Shown here: one piece after another, positions 56,604 through 64,000 of the stretch | How positions within the stretch are numbered: position 1 is the first letter of the stretch | How the letters are laid out: each line of letters opens with the position of its first letter | Source: an uncultured delta proteobacterium | GTDB taxonomy: Bacteria; Desulfobacterota; Syntrophia; Syntrophales; UBA5619 | NCBI GenBank assembly: GCA_963842685.1 | Contig: CAWJHT010000041.1 | Location: 18,282 to 82,281, forward strand | DNA length: 64,000 nt | Direction: 5' to 3' | Notes under the pieces: generated by a model | The model's input: only the letters and a program-made list of their open reading frames with translations | Database searches by the model: none | Told to the model about the DNA's origin: nothing | Made by a program: the position numbers and the translations under genes

Positions 56604-57382
56604 GCCGCCCCCTTTGCGTTCTTCCCCGACATCAGGGCAACGAAGGCGTCGTTCAGGTCGGCATCGGATCGTCCGGGGCAGGCCTCACGGACGATCTCCT
56701 CCGGGCTTCCCGAGGCGACGATCCGCCCCTCGTTGATCATCACGATCCGCCCGCAGTGGCGCGCCTCATCCATGTAATGCGTCGTGACGAAGACGGTGAT
56801 CCCCTCGGCGGCGATCCGGCCGATGAAGGCCCAGAAGTGGCGCCGGGTGATCGGATCGACTCCCGATGTGGGTTCATCGAGAAAGAGGATCCGGGGGCGG
56901 TGAAGGAGGGCGCAGCCCAAGGCGAGTCTCTGGCGCCAGCCCGGCGGAAGGTCGCGGGTCATTCGGTTCTTGGCATCCGCAAGGCGGGTCACGTCCAGGA
57001 CCCACTCGCGCCGCTCCTCCCACTGCTCCTCCGGCACATTGTAGACGCCGAGATAGAAGCGGAGGTTCTCCAGGGGAGTGAGGTCCTCATAGAGGGAGAA
57101 CTTCTGGGACATGTAGCCGATCGCGTGTTTGACCTCCTCGGCCTCCGTGACGATGTCGAAACCGGCCACTCTTCCCGTGCCGGAGGTCGGTGTGAGTATC
57201 CCGCAGAGCATACGGATCGTCGTCGATTTCCCCGAGCCGTTGGAGCCGAGAAAACCGAAAATCTCTCCCGGATGGACCGTGAAGGAGATTTTATCGACGG
57301 CGGTAAACGCGCCGAAGCGCTTTTCAAGCTCCCGAACCTCGATGGCTTCGGAATCAGGGTGATCAGAGTTTAAAGGTGTCAT
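56600..57382 (-). CDS. ABC transporter ATP-binding protein
   Basis: GSNGSGKST Walker A, LPPGWRQRL signature-like motif, ILFLDEPTSGVD Walker B. Confidence 0.85.
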   Translation of the reverse strand: MTPLNSDHPDSEAIEVRELEKRFGAFTAVDKISFTVHPGEIFGFLGSNGSGKSTTIRMLCGILTPTSGTGRVAGFDIVTEAEEVKHAIGYMSQKFSLYEDLTPLENLRFYLGVYNVPEEQWEERREWVLDVTRLADAKNRMTRDLPPGWRQRLALGCALLHRPRILFLDEPTSGVDPITRRHFWAFIGRIAAEGITVFVTTHYMDEARHCGRIVMINEGRIVASGSPEEIVREACPGRSDADLNDAFVALMSGKNAKGAA

Positions 57383-58187
57383 GGGCCAGCTCCGCGTCTG
57401 CCTCCTGTATGCGGTGGATGATCGCCTCTTCCAGATTCTCGAAACGGGAGCGGATCTCTGCCGGGGTGGCGGTCTCCAGAAGCGATGCCCGATGCATCAA
57501 TCCCAGCCGGTCGCACCGTTCGCCCTCATCGAGGTAGGCGGTGGAGACGAGGATGGTCATCCCTTTCTCGCGCATTTTCCCCAGAATCTCCCAGAACTCC
57601 TGGCGGGAGACGGGATCGACGCCGTTGGTCGGTTCATCCAGAATCAGGAGCTTCGGCTCATGGACGAGGACGCAGGCGAGGCCGAGCTTCTGCTTCATCC
57701 CGCCGGAGAGGTTTCCCGCCTGTCGGTCCGTGAAGGGCAGCAGGTTGGAGAAGCCGAGGTAAAGGGCCTTGCGCGCCTTCCTTTCCGTGCCTCTGATTCC
57801 GAAGATGTCCATGAAAAAATCGATGTTCTCCTCGACCGTCAGGTCCTGATAGAGGCCGAAGCGCTGGGGCATGTAGCCGATGAGGGCCTTGGCCTCCTTT
57901 TTTTGGGTCACCACATCCAGACCGCCGATCCGGATCCGTCCTGAGGCGGGTTTGAGCATCGTTGCCGTCATCCGGAGGAGGGTGGATTTTCCGGCCCCGT
58001 CGGAGCCGACGAGGCCGAAGATCGTCCCCGCTTCGACTGAGAAAGTGACGTCGCGGACCGCCTCTGTCGCGCCGAAGCGGCAGGAGACCCCCTCGATGTG
58101 GAGGAATGGCTCCTCCGGGACAGGCGGACTCCCGTCCCTTTCGCCGGTAAGGAGAGCGGGAGAAGGCGTCTTATCGTAACCAGGCAT
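57363..58187 (-). CDS. ABC transporter ATP-binding protein
   Basis: GSDGAGKST Walker A, LSGGMKQKL signature, LLILDEPTNGVD Walker B. Likely start is MPGYDK at 58187; the ORF is open up to 58367. Confidence 0.85.
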   Translation of the reverse strand: MPGYDKTPSPALLTGERDGSPPVPEEPFLHIEGVSCRFGATEAVRDVTFSVEAGTIFGLVGSDGAGKSTLLRMTATMLKPASGRIRIGGLDVVTQKKEAKALIGYMPQRFGLYQDLTVEENIDFFMDIFGIRGTERKARKALYLGFSNLLPFTDRQAGNLSGGMKQKLGLACVLVHEPKLLILDEPTNGVDPVSRQEFWEILGKMREKGMTILVSTAYLDEGERCDRLGLMHRASLLETATPAEIRSRFENLEEAIIHRIQEADAELAHDTFKL

Positions 58188-59334
58188 CGGCAGGCATCCC
58201 TGATTTGAGCTCCAGGGCCGGATTGGGGATGGACACCTTGACGAGATAGACCAGCTTGACCCTTTCCTTGCGGGTCTGGATGATCTTGGGGGTGAACTCT
58301 CCTTCGGGTGATATGAAGGTGACCGTCCCCGCGAAGGTTTTATCCGGAAAGGTGTCCACTCGGACATCGGCCTTCTGTCCCGGCTTGACCTTGCCGATCT
58401 CCGTCTCGTCGACGAAGATCTTCAGATCGACCGTCGCAAGGTCGGAGAGGGTGAGGACCTCCCGGCCCGGCGTGACCACTTCCCCGGGTTCGATGTTGCG
58501 GCTGGTGATGATTCCCGCCCGGGGCGCCTTCAGTTGCGTATAATCGAGCTGGATCGCCATCTGATCGAGGGTCGCGCGGGCCGCGGCAATGACCGAGCGG
58601 GCCGCTTCCACGTCCTTTTTTGCCGCTTCGATTCGGATGAGATTGCTTTGGGCCTGCCTCAGGAGGGCCTCCCCCTCGGCCACCCTCGCTTCAGCGGTGC
58701 GGATCGTTTCCACCCTGCTTCCCTCCCGCGCCAGGTCGAGGGTCTCTTTGCTTCGCTCGTATTCCCTGAGGGCCACTTCGTAGCGGAGGCGGATGGCATC
58801 CCATTCCTTATCCGAGACCAATCCCTTCTTGAAGAGATTTTCGTAGCGGGCCGCATTTTTTTTCGCGTCTTCCATGACGGAGGCGGCGCTCTGCATCGCC
58901 TGGTCCGCCCGGGTGATCTCCTGTGTCCGGCTGCCCGCCTTCAGATCGTCCAACTGGGATCTCAAGGCGCGGACGCCCGCCTCGGCCCGGGCCACTTCGG
59001 CAGGGAGGGTCTTTTCGTAAACTTTGAGAAGGGTTTCTGTCTGTTCCCGGTTTTTCACGGATTTTTCGAGATTGGCCTTCGCTTGTTCCTGGCGGGAGCG
59101 AAACTCTGATGCATCCAGTTCGACAAGGATCTGGTCCTTCACGACGGCCTGTCCCTCGTGTACGTTCACCCGGAGCACACGGCCGCCGGCCTGGAGGGAA
59201 AGATGGGACTGCGTGGCTTCGACGGTCCCGGAGTAGTAGAGCTCGCCCCGGCGGACCTCGCGCTGTCCGTAGTAGACAAGAAGCCCCACACCGACAAGGA
59301 GGATCAGAAAAATGATGATGATTCGTTTTTTCAG
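58171..59334 (-). CDS. HlyD-family membrane fusion protein (YbhG-like); start uncertain
   Basis: Coiled-coil plus barrel-sandwich sequence. The TM anchor KKRIIIIFLILLVGVGLLVYY lies upstream of the first in-frame GTG (59289). There is no ATG; a CTG at 59334 follows GAGGAGG. Confidence 0.75.
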   Translation of the reverse strand: MKKRIIIIFLILLVGVGLLVYYGQREVRRGELYYSGTVEATQSHLSLQAGGRVLRVNVHEGQAVVKDQILVELDASEFRSRQEQAKANLEKSVKNREQTETLLKVYEKTLPAEVARAEAGVRALRSQLDDLKAGSRTQEITRADQAMQSAASVMEDAKKNAARYENLFKKGLVSDKEWDAIRLRYEVALREYERSKETLDLAREGSRVETIRTAEARVAEGEALLRQAQSNLIRIEAAKKDVEAARSVIAAARATLDQMAIQLDYTQLKAPRAGIITSRNIEPGEVVTPGREVLTLSDLATVDLKIFVDETEIGKVKPGQKADVRVDTFPDKTFAGTVTFISPEGEFTPKIIQTRKERVKLVYLVKVSIPNPALELKSGMPADAWLR

Positions 59335-59636
59335 GCCGGCACCTCCTCAGAAATAGGATGAATCGTCCTATACCACTTTTTCAGTGAAAAGTTAAGGAGG
59401 ATAGCCATATCTATTGAGGCCATACGCTTGTGTATCCTTTGCGCTTGTTCGATCATCTCCTCAATGCCTGTGGGGGAATCATATTTATTATGAGAACTTG
59501 TTTTTAAAGGGCTTAAGTATATGGAGATAGCTTTTCTGTGTCAAGGCGATTAAGCAGCTACGATTATAGCGTCTGCCGGGCTTGACCGCTTACCGCATTG
59601 AGAGTAGATTTACTCCATTATAAAGAGGGGGATGTG

Positions 59637-60308
59637 ATGCATCCGGAGATGATGCAGTATCTTCAACCGTCGCCGGTCGTCGACTGCGACAGCAGAGCGG
59701 TCATAGAGTTTGCAAAGGGGAACTCCGGTGATCATCCGGATCAGCGGGAGCAGTCGGTCAGGCTCTATTATGCCGTCCGGGACGGCATCCGGTACGATCC
59801 CTACAGCATCGATCTGTCGATAGAGGGACTCCGGGCGAGCGCCACGCTCCGAAGCGGCCGCGGCTGGTGCGTGACCAAGGCGGTTCTGCTCGCGGCCTGC
59901 TGCCGGGCCCTGGACATTCCGGCCCGGCTGGGTTTTGCCGATGTGCGGAACCATCTCACGACCGCTCGCATGCGCGAGCTGATGAAGACCGATGTCTTCC
60001 TGTGGCACGGATATACGTCCATCTACCTGAACGGCGCCTGGGTAAAAGCGACGCCCGCATTCAATATCGGGCTTTGCGATCGGTTCCGTTTCAAGCCCCT
60101 TGAGTTCGACGGGCACAGCGATTCGATCTATCACCCTTTTGATCTCGAGGGAAAAAGGCACATGGAATATCTTGCCTATCGAGGAGAATATGCCGATGTC
60201 CCCATCGACCGGATCGTGGAGACGTTTCGTCGGGAATATCGGATGGATCCCACCTGGAATAAAGCCGACTTCGACCGAGAAGTCGAGGAGGAGACCGGAA
60301 AAGCGTGA
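59637..60308 (+). CDS. Transglutaminase-like superfamily protein (Cys-His-Asp papain-like fold)
   Basis: GRGWCVTKAVLLAACCRALDIPARL and FLWHGYTSIYL. ATG at 59637 follows AGAGGGGGA; the ORF is open from the TTG at 59598. Confidence 0.7.
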   Translation: MHPEMMQYLQPSPVVDCDSRAVIEFAKGNSGDHPDQREQSVRLYYAVRDGIRYDPYSIDLSIEGLRASATLRSGRGWCVTKAVLLAACCRALDIPARLGFADVRNHLTTARMRELMKTDVFLWHGYTSIYLNGAWVKATPAFNIGLCDRFRFKPLEFDGHSDSIYHPFDLEGKRHMEYLAYRGEYADVPIDRIVETFRREYRMDPTWNKADFDREVEEETGKA

Positions 60309-60770
60309 TGGTAAGTGAGAATTTTTACTTTATTTTTCTTTCACCTTCGCCCTCTTGATATGGCTTATATCGCTCCATCTTCACCGAGTGGCTGCCGGTC
60401 CCGGATTCCATGCCGGGGTCGCTTTTATCTCTTAACCGCTGGGGCGTGAACTTGGGTTGATTGTGATCTATATTCACATAGTCTTTTTTGACGGTTCGAC
60501 TTATGCGTAGCTTACCCTGATATGACTCACCATGATGGCCCAGGTGGAGCAATCGTATCCTTAAAGTGGATGGAGAAAGTGGATGGAGCAGGGAAAGCGA
60601 TCAAAAAAATCAATCACGTCGTTCAGCTATCCCCGAGGCATGAGGATTCTAAACAAATTCATTCGGGTTTTTTAGAAAAATAGAGTGTGGCCGAAAAGCC
60701 TGCACCTGCGAGTCCTTGGTAGGAATCAAAACTTGGAATCAATGTTGGAATCAATGATGGGCCCCTGGGT

Positions 60771-61418
60771 TCACTCATACTCCACTGTCAGACGGGGCGC
60801 GGTGATGGTGACTCGCGGCAGGTCTTCTATCCCGACGAACCCGATGTTCGAAACGAAATCAAGGAGGAAACGCACCTGGAAGTCGGACAGCCCCAGCCGC
60901 TGCGCTTCCCGCATGAGCGGTGTGACGTCGATCACGACGGGCATTCCCATATCCGAGCGGAAGAAATTGAGTCGTTGGGACATGAGCGGGGGGGAGTTGA
61001 AATCCTGCGGTCTTAGCCCGGAGACGGGATAGGGAGCGAGATCGATCAAGGTCGGGACCACGGTCGCGAAGCTCACCTCGTCGATAAACAACTCCAGAGT
61101 CGCCGAAACGATTACGGCGTCCCCGGGGACGATATCCGCCCCGGTCGATCCGTCGAGGGGGAAATCCAGGAATGCACGGTATTCCGGGAGATTTGGATCC
61201 TGGTCGTTGATGCCGAAGAACAGGGTGCCTGGCCCGTTGGCGATGGTGAAAGTCCGCCGGACGGGGTCGAATGCAATATCCCCGTCGATCGGCTGGTCGC
61301 TGAGGATCTGCGCAACGAAGATGGTCGGGAAGTTACCGTCACTGCCTCCGCCCCCGCCGCAGGCGGCGATGGAGAACATAATGACCGCAATGACACCTAT
61401 CCTCACAAGTTTCTTCAT
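60771..61418 (-). CDS. Lipoprotein of unknown function
   Basis: MKKLVRIGVIAVIMFSIAAC lipobox followed by GGGGGSDG. I recognise no family. Confidence 0.6.
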   Translation of the reverse strand: MKKLVRIGVIAVIMFSIAACGGGGGSDGNFPTIFVAQILSDQPIDGDIAFDPVRRTFTIANGPGTLFFGINDQDPNLPEYRAFLDFPLDGSTGADIVPGDAVIVSATLELFIDEVSFATVVPTLIDLAPYPVSGLRPQDFNSPPLMSQRLNFFRSDMGMPVVIDVTPLMREAQRLGLSDFQVRFLLDFVSNIGFVGIEDLPRVTITAPRLTVEYE

Positions 61419-61714
61419 GGTCGTCCACCTCTGGTTTCCATTCGACGCTTCTTTGTATTGACAATGACTTGCTCTTTTGTAGCTGAGGATACAACGACGA
61501 ATCTTGTCTGTCAAGAACATACTATCCCAGAACATACTATCCAAACACCCGATATGGTGCGATTAACAATAACTTTTTGAAAGCGTGAATCTTCATCAGA
61601 ACCAGGGAATGCCCTGTCCGTTTCCGGAATCCTTATTGACCTTTTTCCGTACATCCTTCGCCCGCTTTTCTTTGGATCGCCTCTGCAAATGAATCCGAAT
61701 CCTCATTTGTTATT

Positions 61715-64000
61715 CTACACAGATGACGCCGGCGCCTTGTCCAGGGCGATCCGGAGGACCTCCAGCATCTCATCGACGAAGTAGAAGGCGATCTCTTTTC
61801 TGACCTTCGACGGGACCTCCTCCAGGTCCTTTTTATTCCACTTGGGCAGGATGATCGTCTTCACTCCGGCGCGGTGGGCCGCGAGGACCTTCTCCTTGAT
61901 CCCGCCCACCGGGAGGACAAGCCCCCGGAGGGTGATCTCGCCCGTCATGGCGAGGTCCTTCTTCACCGTCCGGTTCGTGAGGAGCGAGACCAGGGCGGTG
62001 AGCATCGTCACACCCGCCGACGGCCCGTCCTTGGGGATGGCGCCGGAGGGGACGTGGATATGGATGTCAATCCCTTCGAAGAAGTCCTTCGCGATCCCCA
62101 GTTCCTCGGCGTTGGCGCGGATGAAGCTGAGCGCCGCGGTCGCCGATTCCTTCATCACGTCGCCGAGCTGACCGGTCAGGGTCAGTCCGCCCTTGCCCTT
62201 CATGGAGGTGGCCTCGATGAACAAGAGGTCGCCGCCGGTCGGCGTCCAGGCCAGCCCCATGACGACCCCCGGCTTGGAGGTCCGGGCCGCCGTTTCGGAG
62301 GTGACACGGACGGCCCCAAGGAATTTGTGGATGTCCCGTGCCGTGATGGAGGTCTTTTCGATCATCCCTTCGGCGATCTGGCTCGCGACTCCCCGGCAGA
62401 TCGCGGCGATCTCCCGTTCGAGGTTCCGAACGCCCGCCTCCCTGGTGTAGCCGGAGACAATATGTCCGAGCGCGTTTTTCGTGAAGCGGATCTGCTCGGG
62501 TTTGAGGCCGTTCGCCTCCGTCTGCCGCGGGATCAGGTAGCGTTGAGCGATCCGGATCTTCTCGTCGAGCGTGTAGCCGGGCAGTTCGATCACCTCCAGA
62601 CGGTCGCGGAGCGCCGGCGGGATCGTCTCGAGCATGTTCGCCGTCGTGATGAACATCACCTGCGACAGGTCGAAGGGGACGTCGATGTAATGGTCCACGA
62701 AGGAGAAATTCTGCTCCGGGTCGAGGACCTCCAGGAGGGCCGACGAAGGATCGCCGCGAAAATCGTTACCCAGCTTGTCGATCTCGTCGAGCATGAAGAC
62801 GGGATTGATGGATTCCGCCCGGCGGATGCCCTGGATGATCCGGCCGGGAAGCGCCCCCACATAGGTGCGGCGATGGCCGCGGATTTCCGCCTCGTCGCGG
62901 ACGCCGCCCAGGGAAATACGGATGAATTTCCTTCCCAGGGCGCGGCCGATGGAATGGCCGAGAGACGTCTTTCCCGTCCCCGGCGGACCGGCGAAACAGA
63001 GGATCGGCCCCTTCGTTTCCGGCTTCAGCTTGCGGACGGCCAGGTACTCGATGATCCGCTTCTTCGCCTTTTCCAGACCGTAGTGGTCCTCATCGAGGAC
63101 CCGTCGCGCCTTTTTGATGTCGAGGTTGTCCTCGGTTTTTTCGTGCCAGGGCAGGGCGGTCATCCAGTCCAGGTAAGTCGCCGAGACGGTGTATTCCGCC
63201 GAGGAGGGGTGCATCTTCGCGAGCCGGGCAAGTTCGCGCTCCGCCTCCTTTTTCGCCTCCTCCGGGAGATTCTTCTTTTCAATCTTCGCCCGGTACTCTT
63301 CGATCTCGACCTTCTCTTCGTCCGTCTCCCCCAGCTCCTTCCGGATGGCGCTGAGCTGCTGGCGGAGGTAGTATTCCCGCTGGGACTTGTCCATATCGTC
63401 TTTCACCTGGGACTGGATCTTGCTTCCCAGTTCGAGGATCTCCACCTGGTGATTGACGAGCCGGGTCACCTCGCGGAGGCGCTCCTTGATGTCCAGGATC
63501 TCGATGATCTTCTGTTTCTCCTCGATCGTTGCGTTGATCACGGAGGCGATGAGGTCGGCAAGTACGCCGGGATCGGTGATCGTCTTGGCCATCGCCCCGA
63601 ACTCCTGGGGCAGGAAGGGGGAGAGTTTGATGATCCGCTCGAAGAGGCTGCTGAGGTTCGCCATCAGTGCTTCGACCTCGATATCCTTCACCTCCTCATC
63701 CTCGATGTTCTCCACGCGGGCCCGGAGGTAGGGTTTTCCCTCCACGAATTCGATGATACGGAAACGGCTGATCCCCTGAAGGAGGAGCTGGGCCTTGTTG
63801 TCGGCGGTCTTCGCCATCCGAAGGATCGCGACGCTCGTACCGATGCTGTAATAATCCTCCTTCTGGTGCGAACACTCGCATGCGGGAGGCTGCTTCAGCA
63901 GAACGACACCGATCATACGGTCGCCGGCCATCGCCTCGTCGATGAGGGTGATCGATTGCGTACCGGAAACCTCCAGAGGGAAGAGCATCTTCGGAAAGAC
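61715..64000 (-). CDS. lon: ATP-dependent Lon protease (5' end lies beyond the window)
   Basis: GPPGTGKTS Walker A, LDEIDK Walker B, PKDGPSAGVTM catalytic Ser motif. The ORF is open to the window edge. Confidence 0.95.
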   Translation of the reverse strand, partial: VFPKMLFPLEVSGTQSITLIDEAMAGDRMIGVVLLKQPPACECSHQKEDYYSIGTSVAILRMAKTADNKAQLLLQGISRFRIIEFVEGKPYLRARVENIEDEEVKDIEVEALMANLSSLFERIIKLSPFLPQEFGAMAKTITDPGVLADLIASVINATIEEKQKIIEILDIKERLREVTRLVNHQVEILELGSKIQSQVKDDMDKSQREYYLRQQLSAIRKELGETDEEKVEIEEYRAKIEKKNLPEEAKKEAERELARLAKMHPSSAEYTVSATYLDWMTALPWHEKTEDNLDIKKARRVLDEDHYGLEKAKKRIIEYLAVRKLKPETKGPILCFAGPPGTGKTSLGHSIGRALGRKFIRISLGGVRDEAEIRGHRRTYVGALPGRIIQGIRRAESINPVFMLDEIDKLGNDFRGDPSSALLEVLDPEQNFSFVDHYIDVPFDLSQVMFITTANMLETIPPALRDRLEVIELPGYTLDEKIRIAQRYLIPRQTEANGLKPEQIRFTKNALGHIVSGYTREAGVRNLEREIAAICRGVASQIAEGMIEKTSITARDIHKFLGAVRVTSETAARTSKPGVVMGLAWTPTGGDLLFIEATSMKGKGGLTLTGQLGDVMKESATAALSFIRANAEELGIAKDFFEGIDIHIHVPSGAIPKDGPSAGVTMLTALVSLLTNRTVKKDLAMTGEITLRGLVLPVGGIKEKVLAAHRAGVKTIILPKWNKKDLEEVPSKVRKEIAFYFVDEMLEVLRIALDKAPASSV

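Noticed and set aside
60325-60552. 75-aa ORF on the minus strand (TTG start, AAGGA upstream) in the AT-richer spacer after the transglutaminase-like gene.
   Set aside because: No recognisable family, a non-ATG start and an atypical Lys/His-rich composition. It may be real, but I cannot support it as a gene.

Overview
High-GC bacterial chromosomal window. The gene content looks like an anaerobic deltaproteobacterium-type organism, but the taxon cannot be fixed from sequence alone.

Gene order, left to right:
- 5' part of smc, then an AT-rich gene with an NTF2-like domain.
- A cfa-like methyltransferase followed by a FAD oxidoreductase.
- A small redox cluster. Its rhodanese/ferritin-like gene has an in-frame UGA exactly at the catalytic Cys position, making it a candidate selenoprotein.
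- amrS-type radical SAM, a methyltransferase, moaA and greA.
- F1Fo ATP synthase genes b'-b-delta-alpha-gamma-beta-epsilon.
- bactofilin-rodA-mrdA-mreD-mreC-mreB, then peptidoglycan-remodelling genes.
- cimA, preceded by an Ile-rich leader peptide and an intrinsic terminator.
- A ~17 kb carboxylate-catabolism-like island (28.3-45.2 kb). It holds two TctCBA transporters, two GntR regulators, a PrpD-family protein, an amidase and an amidohydrolase. It also holds three paralogous copies of a two-gene Fe-S module I cannot assign to any characterised family: a 2x[4Fe-4S] ferredoxin-domain protein plus a Cys-x-His...Cys-x-Cys protein.
- A REC-GAF-GAF-PAS hybrid histidine kinase, kefG/kefC, an HD-GYP protein and a HAD-IIA hydrolase.
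- An orphan gene with a possible nuclease fold, a ybhGFSR-like ABC exporter, a transglutaminase-like protein, a lipoprotein and lon.

I saw no rRNA, tRNA, CRISPR array, transposase or integrase.

A dominant technical feature is that dozens of genes, including essential ones (atpD, rodA, mrdA, smc, moaA), have broken reading frames in this sequence. I type those as pseudogene because that is what the sequence shows. Assembly indel error is at least as likely as real gene decay.
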